A stretch of DNA of 60,957 nucleotides, the filler included, from Sphacelaria rigidula (lineage: Eukaryota): assembly GCA_964200075.2 (NCBI GenBank). It is 5 parts of 5 records of this genome, joined end to end, with 100 filler letters (N's around TTAATTAATTAA, not from the genome) between each part and the next. Parts side by side here need not be neighbours in the genome. Positions count along the whole stretch, not along the records: positions 24,425 to 36,535 come from CAXNAA020004117.1; positions 36,636 to 48,746 come from CAXNAA020004118.1; 3 more parts are not named here. One strand, written 5' to 3'. The notes under the pieces are model-generated. The model made no database searches. It saw only the letters and a program-made list of their open reading frames with translations, and was not told the DNA's origin. This document shows, piece by piece, positions 25,310 through 37,408 of the stretch. The number at the start of each line of letters is the position of its first letter. Position 1 is the stretch's first letter. The position numbers were made by a program, and so were the translations under genes.

Positions 25310-26455
25310 CTACCCCCCCCCCACACTGTTCATCTTTTCGATCTGAAAGGGAAAGGTCGTCCCCAAATCCTGGCGTACGAGGTCCATCAGCGAACTGAAC
25401 TCGTCCTCTGTGGTGTACACGTACTTCGCTTTTTCGACGTTGCGTAGATCGTCGAGGTTAATTCGCTGTTTGACTTGACTCGAAACGCCGGGGACAAAGA
25501 CGTACGCTGACGCAGGCCGAGTAATATGAGGGGGCAAGGATCGCTGGGCGCTCTGCGTTGGGGTCTTGTTTCTGAAGCAGCAATTTCTGCGACGTACAGC
25601 CTTCTTCATCCAGGCATGGATGCACCCCTCGCTCGGAACTAGCTTTCCTTCCTTGACCTGCTGCCTGCAAGCATCATCACCCCTCCGGTGTCGTCCTCGG
25701 AGTTTCCTCCGATATCGCCGTCTGCGGTGAACGTTGACATAACGGCTGTCGTGGTGGTGTCGTGTGCAAGCTTGCCGTCCGCCCCCAGCATCCCAAGGGA
25801 GTTGAGCACATCAAGGGGCAAGTACGCGCGAACAGCGTCGCGCAAGGTATACGCCGTGTTCGACCCTTCCCCTCGTCTTATGTACACGTTCGCCTCCCTC
25901 GGAGGACCATCTGTATGTAGCAGTAAGTGGAAGCGACGGGCGGGGTGTTACAAGTAGTAGACATAAGTCTTGTGTTAGTATGCCATTACAGTCTACAGAG
26001 GAAAACGTCTTGGTGAACGCATCCAACGAAGCGGAAGCTTTTGCAGGATCACCTGCAGTCATCTCCGCAAACGAATCGGCCCACAATCATCACGGATGCC
26101 TCGGTGGCGAGCGTGCGGACCCGCCGTCCAAATGTCGTGTCGTTACCCTTTTGGGGGTTATCTATGTGCTGTGACCACTCGCACCAGACCGTAGCGTCGA
26201 AGTCGAATGTTGCAGCTTTCACTGCTATGTGCGGGAGAAGACCGTAGCCGGGGTCTAGAGTTGTTTTTGTTCGAATTTCGGTAGTCGATCCCGCTACCAG
26301 CCTTTGTTTCCTCCAGACCCTCGCTCTCGGCTGATCCCAGTGTACTCTCCATTGCCTGCTTGTTTATCGAAGTCAGTAGATCTCCGTCTTCCTTTTGTAG
26401 GCTTCCCGCGAGCGCGCGGAAAGACTTGACGGTATGGTCCTCCCTGTCTCCTTCC
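25310..26455 (-). pseudogene. Decayed coding region of unknown family (possibly TE-encoded)
   Basis: Protein-like segments in successive frames (EGDREDHTVKSFRAL..., WADSFAEMTAGDP..., YTLRDAVRAYLPLDVL..., RINLDDLRNVEKAKYVY...) are broken by stops and frameshifts. Acceptor-like site near 26456. Confidence 0.4.
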
Positions 26456-26598
26456 TGAATGAGGAAGAACCGTGGGGTTATCGTCAGCGCAAGCGCGAAT
26501 GAGGCGACGGGAGTGTGTATCGCATTGTATATGTCGCGTAGTATATGCATGGTAATGGTACCGCGCTACAGCTGCAAGCATTGGGATTTTTCAAGTTA

Positions 26599-26964
26599 TT
26601 TGTGTGTGTTGTTTGGTGTCCTCCCATCTATATTGGACGCTAGTCGACACCTTTCGGTATGTGCGGACGTATCAGCCGGGGCCGTGCACCAGAAAGGTCA
26701 ACACGAGACACTTTCCTTTTTTCTTCTTGTGTTAGCCCTGCACCTTCCTTCTGCGGTGCTTGCCTTACTTTTTATCCCGAGAAGGGTTCAGCGACCCTTT
26801 TTCCTCGTCGACCGTGAAGTACAAGCTGGTGTACCCACGATCAAGTCGCTCTCACCTATTGGGCATGATGCGAGAAAAAATCTCAGGTCGTGTGACTTCA
26901 CCGATATTGAACCCCGTCCCAACCGTCAAGCTTCAGAGGATACCAACTGAGCCACCGGGGCGAC
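26599..26964 (-). mobile_element. tRNA-derived SINE, full length (~365 bp)
   Basis: Head GTCGCCCCGGTGGCTCAGTTGG (A box) with a degenerate B box. Body AAGCACCGCAGAAGGAAGGTG. 3' stem-loop ACCGAAAGGT and CA-rich tail. Colinear with 41746-42110. Confidence 0.85.
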
Positions 26965-27013
26965 TTGTAAATTGCGGATGGGTTTTCAACAGGAAAAATA
27001 GCAAAGCCATTTT

Positions 27014-27059
27014 TAACCCTTATCCTAATCCTAACCCTAACCCTAACCCTAACCCCAAC
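27014..27059 (+). repeat. Interstitial telomere-like (CCCTAA)n
   Basis: TAACCCTTATCCTAATCCTAACCCTAACCCTAACCCTAACCCCAAC. Confidence 0.85.
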
Positions 27060-28369
27060 TAAGGCATACAGGGAAATCTCGGGCAAGGGGGGTGCATAGG
27101 ATTCCGTAGGCGATGTGTGCGTTGGTAGACCTCAAATCGGCGCCTGTGTCGCCGATTTGCACAAAAACGCGTTCTGCGCACGCTGGAGGTACTCGGGACC
27201 GTCAGCCTCACTCAGATCCGAAGGTAGGTGCTCACACTAAAATCATGTTTGTTTTAACCATAAACTGAGTAGAAGAAGTGTTACCAAAAGATAAAGGCAC
27301 ATAGCATGTTCTTTGCGTAAGCGTTGCTTAAGCGCGGAAAGCAAGATGATACACACCGTGATTGGGCAAGCAAACTAAAGTCTGGTCATCACTCGTGCAT
27401 ACTACTCATGCGTCACTGACTGTATGGATTTTATTATGCCTATTTTTATGTGAGAACTGCAATCTATGTACTTCCATATTTCTGCGCATACGTTCCGTTT
27501 CAACTACTGCTTCAAATGTTTGACTCGCCGTTTATTTCACAGCAAACAGCAATCAACTGACGCACGGTATCCAGCGCAGGGAATGATCAGTCCAGCGCGG
27601 AACACTTGACGCTGAACGTCATGAGTGTCTTGAGCACAGCTTCAAGGCGATTATGTTCTCTTTTGACAATGGTGGTGTTGAAACTCAGTCAAGTTTCGGC
27701 TTCGCTTCTTCTCTCGAGAGCGTTGAAACGCCAAGGGGTTGCATCCAGTTTGATCCAGTTCATGAAAAAAGAGTGAATCAATCAAACTGGATGCGAGGAA
27801 GCGTATTTTTAACCGTCGCAAACGGACACACCGACCTCACCTCTGACTGGGGTACCTCACGGTTCTCAATCAGCCCTCCGGGCATAGCTAGTCGGATAGC
27901 TGGCCCATCATCGTGCTGACCCTCCTCCGCTACGCTGCGGTCCATAATGGAGCTGGAGTGAACTCTACCGGAAAAGAGAGAGGATCGTTGAGGTGTGTGC
28001 GGAAAATACGCTTCGTACAACCTCGATCCGTACAACTTGGGGGCGGAGTGCTGCACTCCCCTGCAAAGGGTGAATGGAGGAATCTCGAACTCGAGGTTCC
28101 CAATATATTCAACAGTAGTAGTATCTGAACTCGAGGTTCCCGATACATCGAACCGTCACAAACTCTGTGGGGTCCGTCAGGAGTGCACGAATAAAAGTAT
28201 CTCGTACACCTACCTACCTCCCCCCGCCCCCACACTTCTCTAGACTCTTGTGTTAGCGTCGAGTGACAATGACGCTGTAAAACAAGCCACCAGAACCTAG
28301 ACATGAACTGTACAGAATGTCACGGTACTTGCACCATAAACCGCCACTAGACAAAAGAAAGTCCCGGAC

Positions 28370-28745
28370 CAAGAAACACAATATCCATTTTCTTTCCCCC
28401 CAGAAACACACAAGATGGGTATAGACATGACATAGCAAAACTGTTTTCTTTTTACCATGATACAGCCCGGACATAGACACGAAATACTGAAGCTAACCCT
28501 GTTTTTTCTTGAACCTACCATAACACAGCCCTGAAATGGACATGGATGAAGAAGATAACCCTCCTTTTTCTTCAACCTACCATTACACAGCCTGGACATA
28601 GCCATGAAGTAGAGAAGCTAACCCTGTTTTTCTTGAACCCACCATAACCCAGCCCGGATATAGACATGGAATAGAGCAGCTAACCGTCCTTTTTCTCTAA
28701 CCTACAATAACCCAGCCCGGAAACAGACGTGAAATAGCGAGAAAT
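28370..28745 (+). repeat. Minisatellite, ~62-nt unit
   Basis: AGCTAACCCTGTTTTTCTTGAACCTACCATAACACAGCCCGGACATAGACATGGAATAGAGA. Four clear copies at 28490-28740 plus degenerate ones upstream. Confidence 0.85.
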
Positions 28746-30217
28746 ACATCTACTTTGCCATATCAAGACGGAAAATAACCGAGATTCTTCCACCCACATC
28801 ATAACGAACGTAAGACAAGAGTATAACCAAAACCTAGACAAGTAAGTAATGGCGTGAAGGTTGACCACCTTGCATGCCAATCGAGAATACAAAATACATA
28901 GCAAGTACGGATTGGGTAGGGTCATCACCCCCCTACATCTTAAACTCACATGGAAGTTGGGGTCTCGTGGTGAGATGTTCGTGAAACCTTGCCGGTTACC
29001 AGTAGGCGGTGTAAATCTGGTCAGCAATTTTCCTGAAAAATCCGACACTAGGTGCAAAAGGTACCTAAGGGAGGGAAGGGATAGAAAATGCACGACATTA
29101 ACGTCAAGACCTACTTCACTCATGAAACAAACATCTTACCAACGACCGACCACATGACCTACGAGATGGAGCACCAAGCGGTACGTGAACGTTTTGAGAT
29201 CGTGAAGGTTATGGTCTGGTACAAAGTGTGGGGGAACCGTTGGCCAAGCTTTCGGCAGCGAAGGTCTACTCGGAAGCATTAGTGGAGTAGCGGTCCATGG
29301 TGAACCGTACACGAAGTGGGAGAAGTGATGTACGGGACACCCCGATGTGAGTGAGGCATTGTGTTATGCAAGCCGTCCTTGAACCCCACACGGTGGATAT
29401 GACCTCTCTGGAGGAAACCAACCAGTACAGCAGCGGGGCAAGAACATGGAAGATACGATCGTGGGGCACCTGGATGGTCACCTGGAAGCTCGCCTAGCAC
29501 AAACGTGGGGTACTCGTGTCAATGGTGTTGAACTTGGCTTCAGGCTACAAGCCCGTGTTGGAGACATTATTTAGTGTCAGTGAGCCAGCGAAAAAACCAA
29601 AAGGCACCAGACGCCCAACAAGTGCTAGGATTGGGATATCCCAGTACGTTGACTGCATCCCACCAATACACTTGAAACGATGAAGCTGGAGATTCTCTCG
29701 AAAGAGATCGAGAGAGCTACGGTAAGGAATGGAGGATGGAGAAGTAAAGAAGGACGGGTAAAGTACTAGTATTGCTGGTATTCGGAGTTCGTGGCGATAT
29801 GACGATAATTGAGTTTATAAGGAAATGCAATGGAGTTGGACTATACTGTTTAGCAAGAGGAAAAGTAGAAAGGGAGGGAGAACACTTCCGGGTCACGCCA
29901 AAGCAAAGCGCGAGCAAGGAGTGGGAAAGGATAGGGACGTGTAAGGTGTCGCCATGAGTTGGGAGAACAGAGTGGAGGGTATGCATAGCTAATGGAACAA
30001 CAAACCTAGGGCGTAGTCCACGGGTAAACGGAGGGGGAGAGAGGTAGAAACAGGTAATTGCCCGGAAGGGCAAGGGGGGGAACATATGGCCCGAAGCAAA
30101 TAGACAAAGACCAACGCAGAAACGGGAAGGACAAAGAAGCAAGGAAAATTAGGAGTAAAAGCGAACGGAGAGAGAACAGCAGACAACACGAGAGCAGATA
30201 ATGATACGGAAAGGAAG

Positions 30218-31620
30218 TTGAGAATAATATCGTGGAACGTCTGTGGATTCGTCACAGACAAGCGCAAAAGAGAAGCGATAGCGCAACAAGTGGATAAGCA
30301 CGACCTAGATGTAATAGGGATCCAAGAGTCATGTGAGAAAGATGGGGCGGAAATAGGATGCAAAGTTGGAAAGTGCGCATGGATAGGGAAGAAGTGGAAG
30401 GGATAGAACTACAAAAGCAGAGGAGCGGGGGGAGTAGGATTCTTGGTCAAGGAATACCTGTATGACAGTATACTTATAGAAGTGATCCACGACACGTAAT
30501 TCGGCGAGATCATATGGATGAGGGGACCAGGAGAGCGGGGAACGAAGGACTTCTTCGTCGGGAACATCTACATGCCCTCAGAATCGAAGAGTAGGGTGAA
30601 CGATGTATAGAGGAGCTTTGGAGAGATAGCAGCAGATGTACATAAATATTGAAGGGAAGGAGAAGTAACGTGAGTGGGAGTTTTTAATGCAAGGGTAGGA
30701 AGAGCAGGTCAACCGGATGCTATCATTGGGCAAAAGGGGGAAGACAAGAAGAACACGAAGGGGGTAGAAATGCTGAAGTTCCTTGAGCATAACCAGATGA
30801 ATACACTGAACGATAGAGCACAAAAGCCAGAGGGGCAATGAGCATGGACTAGAAAATGCAAAGGGAAGATAGAATGCCCCGTTCTTGACTACATGATAGT
30901 AGAGCATGGGAATAGTGAAGAAATGGAAGTACATGTATGCGCGGAGGACGTGGGAACCACAGATCATTGCCGAACATGGACAGGAAACTAACAGACGAGA
31001 ACCAAAAGAAATAGGCGGGGTAGGAAGTTGGACGAATGGAGAATCGATAGACTAAATATGGAAGATGTAGTGAAAAAAACAAATGAAGATTTCGATGGCG
31101 GGATGAAACATAAGTGGGTAGGGATAAGAAGGATAACGATAGACCAGGCAGGAAAGATGGACAAGGGGATAGCCACACTACGGGCACAGAACGGTAAAAC
31201 GGCCAGTAGTTCGAAGGAGAAGAGAGAAGTGCTAGTCGAGCACTACCGTATGCTAGGGACACCAAAAACAACCACGGAGTTCGACGAGGAATTCGAAACA
31301 GAAATCAACGCGCGGGTAGAGGCAAATGTACGTACGTCGAAACGGGTGGAACGAAAGAATTGCAGACAGAGTGTACCAGAGATGAAGTAGAGGAGCGCGT
31401 AGCTAAACTCAAGAATACAAAGGCAGCAGGGGCAGACGGAATAGTGAAAAGGTTTCTAAAGTACGGGGCAGAGGGAATCATTACCATGATGGTTATGCTC
31501 TATAACTGGATCTGGGAAAACGAGTACACACCCAAGAGGTGGAGAGAAGGAGTAGTCGTCAACCTTTTCAAAACAGGAGACAAGGCTCACCCAGAAAACT
31601 ACAGAGGGATAACGCAATAA
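30218..31620 (+). mobile_element. Decayed LINE ORF2: APE endonuclease and start of RT, 3'-truncated
   Basis: Endonuclease motifs LRIISWNVCG, DLDVIGIQES, GGVGFLVK, GNIYMP, FNAR, LDYMI and TDH. RT start KAAGADGI...WREGVVVNLFKTGDK..PENYRGIT. Many stops and frameshifts. Confidence 0.92.
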
Positions 31621-31734
31621 TCGAATATACTCACACTCAAGGATAGATACATGTAAACATGCCTGGATGCAAGGGAAGTGGATATTGTGATTAGATCATG
31701 GCATATGGGGAAAGGCAAATAAGATATCCAGTTC

Positions 31735-34700
31735 TGTTATTTAAGGTATACCCGATATGATGGTTGCAGTATATATCTGCTGGGGGGCACACGCCTCATC
31801 GCGTGGCCAAGGAGTGAGACTATGACATAATTTTTTGCATGAGCGATTTTTCTATGATTGACCCTTTTGTCAATTGTCTTATGACTCTGACATGCACCAT
31901 CATGAGTACAACCCTTTTGGTAGTGCTCAAGTGGGGTTTTTACATTTTTCGTGGAGATTATAATATACATTTTTCAACCGGGGAATGAATACAACAAGAG
32001 AGGTCCCACGACCTTTCTCAAACATAGACCCTTGCGCTGAGCAAGCAATTAAGCCTTTACTCTAGCGATCGGGCTACGCATTGCTACAGGGTAACCTCAG
32101 GGTTTCTTCAGACATCAAAAATGGACTAGGAAAATTAAGTAGACGACCTCATCGCAGAAGTGCCAGAAGCCGACCAAGACGCGGCAAGGGAGATTTCATC
32201 AGGAATTATGCAGGAGCAAACAAGAAAGCTAGAAGATCTTTGACAGCAAAGTCAAGCGCAGGACGAGGAGCCGAGCCTGGAAGCGCGCACGTCAGCGACA
32301 AGAGCGACGGCCCCCCAGCAGCGCATCCCACCTGGGAATACGACAGCATTTCAAGAAGCACGTCTGCACACGCAGCATCAAGCCCAGATGGGACAGTCTG
32401 GCATATTAGGAGTAGGGCCACATAACAGTGTAGCAGCCTAGGATGGTACGGCGAAAAGTGGTGAGGAAGTAAGACAGAAATTCATGACGTTCAAGCTGCA
32501 GGTGACAGCGTATTTTAACAGGAGCTCCGCGAAGAGGCTCTTTACACAACTTTCCCTACTAGAGTACATTTTGAAAGAGAGCAGGATTTGATCGAGAGGT
32601 TCGGAAACGACTTGGTTGAGCAGGCCATGAAAACATGGAACATACTCGTCGAGAAAGTGACATATGCTCCGCTCGTTCAGCAACTAGTAGAAAAGACTTG
32701 GTAACCCCAGCGAGGGATGGAGGTACATCGTAGACCACTACACGGTATCCCCAAGTACTGAGAAGGCGCAGTTGTAACATGAATGGTAGAGTCTAGATAT
32801 GAGCTTGGGAGAGGACCCCCGCATGTTTCTCGATAGAGCAAAGCTAATCAGGTACAACCATGCGAGACTTGGAGTCATAATATCATATTCAGATGCCAAG
32901 CGGCACCACATACGCCGCCTGTCATCTGATTTTGAAATACCGCGCGGCGTCCTGCTTGCGCAGGATGAAGTAACGACAGAGACCCTTGAGCGCATGGTGA
33001 TGACGGCGCATGGAAAAATGGAACTGGCTAGGAGGAGGGCAGGCAGGAATGACGACAGGATTCAGGGTCACGCGCTCGTCGCTGCCACTGGGGGTGGAAG
33101 AGGCGGGGGCGTACTGCACAAAGGACGACAGCAAGATGGTGAAAGACGTCGGCAACAAAATGATGTATTTTTGTCATTTCCACGATACCGCCCAGCATGA
33201 CGACTTTGAATGCAAAGTACAACGAAACATGCACGCATAAGACAGTCGTGATGATCGTGGTGCGTGGAATGGTGTTCGCCAGCAGCAATACCATAGTGCA
33301 GACAGTTTTGGAGGTCGTGGGGGTAGCGGACGCTGTAGAATGCACACTCGATCATCTCAGCAGCACATCCAGCAGCAACAACAGCAGCAACAACCACAAC
33401 AGCAGCAGCACCTCCAGCAACAGCAGCAAGCGAGACGTGGAGGACGGGGCGCAGGGCGAGGATGTAGTCCCAGGCACGGTGGTTCGGCCGCCAGCTGCCA
33501 TACTATGATCCACCGCAAGGTGGATATGACTACTCAGGTTATCCTGATGGTTTATACCGCCCTGTAGGCAACGAAGACCCAATCCACCACGCAGACCCCC
33601 GTAAAAGATGCATCACATGCGATGAATTGGGCCACATGCATACTTTTTGCCCATGGCGTAGCGTGGTGCGCGCAAGTCAAATCGGGGGTACGTCGTGTGA
33701 GTCCTGCTCACAGTCAACCTCATCAAGGAGGACACCAGCCCCCCCTTGGACCCATTCCTATGGATTGGTGAACACCGTGCAACTGTATGGTGACCAAGGG
33801 GGGTACGAAGAAAGCAGTCACATCGAAGAACAATGGAACGGAACGGAAGAAGACGGGCGGGTGTTGGAAGATAGCAGCAACTTCAGCGGTGCAGGTTACG
33901 CGCACCGTATCCAGTTTCCCCGCAATCCCCCGCAACTCCGCAACCGCCACCAACAACCAGATCCAGTCACCACCGCAGCAAGGTGAACTTCAACTGCAAC
34001 ACCCCCATCCACTACACCAGTAGCAACCACCTCATCATGCCCAGCCTGGTTCCGATCTGCCTTCCTCCGGCTCAGCTACATCCTCTGCGCCGCTTCACCC
34101 GTGCATGGCACATAGAGTGTCACAAGGCCAGTCACGTTTTGGATTGAGTGATTTCAATCCGTGCAGTCCAAGGGCTCCACTGCCCAGATTTGAGCGTGTT
34201 CGAAGATCAAGCAGTGATGGATGGAATCGACGTGATCCTCTACCAAGATTTTTTTCCGCGTTTTCTGATTGAAGGAATGGCAGTTGTGGCTCAAAACGGG
34301 ACGGCCCTTGCTGTTCTTACCCCTAGTTCTCGCCCATTTTCAGTTGGAAACCCGAACCAAGAAGTCGACATTTGTTTTTTTCACGTTTCCCTTCCCCACA
34401 TCCATGAGACGTTATTACAAGAAGCTGCGAAACAACAGGGCATTACTTTGACGGGGGTACTGGCGCCATGTGCGGGATGTTTGGAAGCGAAGGGACAGAG
34501 GGCAGGTATTTTGCGAGGACTGGGCATGAGGGCAATGACTGTACTTGGCACCGTGCATCTCGACTGCACGGGCCCACACCCTCGTACTCTGGGTGTATCA
34601 ACTCATATGCTGGGCTGCGTCAATAGCAAGTCGCGCTAGATGATGTTTTATGGCCTCGCACGTAAGTCTGACACGCTGGCGAAAGTGAAGCGTTTCATCG

Positions 34701-36345
34701 CCGACGTCAGCGCCATCGGTACCCCCGGTTGTTTTCGCATGGACAACGGGGGCGAGTTCACCTCCAAAGCTTTCGGCGCCTTCTGCGACGATGCAACGAT
34801 TCGTCGTGAGTACACTGCCCCCGACACTCCGAAGCACAACGCTGTGGTGGAAAATGAAATTTGGAGGGTCATGAAGGGGGGCCACGCAGCCCGTCTCGAA
34901 GCGCGACGTCTGTTCCCGGAGTGCCGCTTCGACGACATATACCTCACCTGGGGGAGAACATGGAGCGTCTAAGGCTGGAGGCCGCGGTGTGGGCAGCGGA
35001 CGACTTCAATCGTTCCGCCACTACGGCGAACCCGGGAAGACTGTCGCCTTATGAAGTATTCACCGGCAAGCGCCCGCCGCTACAGATTGTGCCGTTTCTA
35101 CAACCCGGCATGATGCGAGTCAACCGCCGAGGGAAGATGGATGTTCAGTACGTGGCCTGCCATTACCTCAGTAATGGCAGTAACCATTGTTCATCGACGG
35201 TGAAGGTCCTGAAGGCTGCTACCGGTGCAATCTGCTACACGAACAACGTTGTCTGGACGGTACCACGCGTGCCACTGCAATCGTCGGCAACGCTGCTCGT
35301 CGGGGGGGAGGCCCATTCCAGTACCGTAAATTCTTCATCGACGGTGAAGGTCCTGAAGGCTGCTACCGGTAGCAGTCTGCTACACGAACAACGTTGTCTG
35401 GACGGTACCACGTGCGCCACTGCAATCGTCGGCAACGCCGCTCGTCGGGGGGGAGGCCCATTCCAGTACCGTAAATTCTTCAGACAACGTTGTTCGTGTA
35501 GCAGACTGCACCGGTAGCAGTCTCCAGGACCTTCACCGTCGATGAAGAATTTACGGTACTGGAATGGGCCTGCCCCCTGACGAGCGGCGTCGCCGACGAT
35601 TGCAGTGGCGCACGTGGTACCGTCCAGACAACGTTGTTCGTGTAGCAGACTGCACCGGTAGCAGCCTTCAGGACCTTCACCGTCGATGAACAATGGTTAC
35701 TGCCATTACTGAGGTAATGGCAGGCCACGGACTGAACATCCATCTTCCCTCGGCGGTTGACCCGCATCATGCCGGGTTGCAGAAACGGCACAATCTGTAG
35801 CGGCGGGCGCTTGCCGGTGAACACTTCATAAGGCGACAGTCTTCCCGGGTTCGCCGTAGTGGCGGAACGATTGAAGCCGTTCGCCGCCGCCGCCTCGTCG
35901 CCAGCAGAGCAGCACCGCGGGACGCCGCTAGTCGGGGGGAAGGACGTTCATGGCAGTACCGCCGCCGCTGTCGCCGCACCGCAGCAGGAGCAGCCACCAA
36001 CCACACCGCTGCTCCCGCCGACATATCACACGGTGGAATTCGAGCCGCTGTCGCCGCCACCGACCTTTCCGTCGATGCAGCAAACGCCGCCGCGCCCGCG
36101 GACTCCGCCGACTCAGCCGATGCAGCACACGCCGCCGCGCCCGCCGACTCCGTCGATGCATCAAGCACCGCAGACATCCCCGCCGATCGTCTCCGGCTCT
36201 TCAGCCCCGATTCCATCCCCGATACCATCAGCATCTTGCTCGACTGCGTCGCGCGATGTATCATCCGCCTCTGAAGTGATGGACCATTCTTTCTCGCCGC
36301 TCCCAATGAAAGTGAGGAAGGAGCTGGATCTGGGGCAATCACCAA
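31735..36345 (+). mobile_element. Decayed Ty1/Copia LTR retrotransposon: putative 5' LTR, gag, integrase; protease and RT/RNaseH not seen
   Basis: Gag (MSLGEDPRMFLDRAK...LSSDFE...LERMV). Knuckles CHFHDTAQHDDFEC and CITCDELGHMHTFC. GAG-pre-integrase H..L.H...CAGCLEAK. Integrase core VHLDCTGP...RMDNGGEF...YTAPDTPKHNAVVE. In-frame stop at 34637-34639 and frameshifts. The LTR limits (TG 31735...CA 32088) are tentative. Confidence 0.9.
34996..35885. repeat. Inverted duplication (~400-bp arms) plus ~144-bp tandem duplication in the Copia integrase C-terminal region
   Basis: 34996-35400 is mirrored by 35481-35885. The ORF track shows FTGKRPPLQIVPFLQPGMMRVNRRGKMD... on both strands. Confidence 0.95.
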
Positions 36346-36535
36346 ACACCGGTATACCGACGGTATTTTCGCCAACATCCGGTATAGCTTACACCCCCCC
36401 CCTTAGAAAAGCTACTAATGCAGCCGCCTGATTGGCCACATCCCGCCGCGTGCGCATTCTGGCGAAAACACACAAGGTATACCTGTTTTGGGAAACTCAA
36501 TTTGACTTTCACCGGTTTTTGGCGACTGTCTCACC

Positions 36536-36635
36536 NNNNNNNNNNNNNNNNNNNNNNNNNNNNNNNNNNNNNNNNNNNNTTAATTAATTAANNNNNNNNN
36601 NNNNNNNNNNNNNNNNNNNNNNNNNNNNNNNNNNN
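36536..36635. other. Artificial contig linker
   Basis: Same spacer. Confidence 0.98.
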
Positions 36636-36906
36636 CCAAATACCCCCCCCCCTATCGTAGGATGACTCCACTCCAATCGCCGTTGAAAGCAGCCAACAGT
36701 TGTTCGAACGCGCTTGCTCCCGATAAATAACGCTCATTCATACTGCTTTATACCGCTTTCACCCAAATACAGGCGCACCGCGATTGGTTCAGGTCATTTG
36801 ACGCATATATGAGAACATTTGTTGGTAGAATCCAACCCGCCCCCCTCTCATCGTAACGTAATGAGCTCGGGAATGTTGGAGGTGGCTCTACTAGGGGTAG
36901 GAACGG

Positions 36907-36973
36907 TGCTTCGTCTCGAAAGGGATGCGTGGTCAATGGTCAAACGACTAACGCAAGCAACAAATGAATACCC
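36907..36973 (+). repeat. ~70-nt dispersed structured repeat, copy 2
   Basis: TGCTTCGTCTCGAAAGGGATGCGTGGTCAATGGTCAAACGACTAACGCAAGCAACAAATGAATACCC. Confidence 0.85.
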
Positions 36974-37189
36974 ACGTCCCATGCTGAAAACCGAAATCCG
37001 GCCACACCTCAGAGTCACCAAGTGCGGGGCGATGAAACTGCACGCTTTGTCGCTGGTGATCGTTCGTCCTCGCTGTCAAGGTGGTCTGTAAAGTGGCGTC
37101 ACGAAGTCACCAATGGTCAGGGTTACTGTGATTACTCACGCGGTATTTAGGTGAAATATTTTTAATTGTATCTACTCCACCTAGTTTTT

Positions 37190-37408
37190 GGGTCAAGTAT
37201 TGAGGTCATACCCAAGTGATCCTCGATACCCGGGTATTGCTGGAAGCACTTGCGCAAAGGTTGAGTGGAGCGTTTGAGGTCGTACTCAATCTACCCAAAT
37301 TTGACCAGAGTATTCGAGGCCTTCCCCAATCTACCCAACGCTTTGGTATATTAGATACCCGGGTATTTTACCCGGGTACTCGAGAATAAATACCGTACCC
37401 GACACTCT
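37190..37408. repeat. TACCC/GGGTA-rich subterminal-type repeats, probable DNA transposon (hAT-like) end
   Basis: Multiple TACCCGGGTA and TACCCAA motifs ending ...TACCCGACACTCT. No partner TIR found. Confidence 0.45.
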
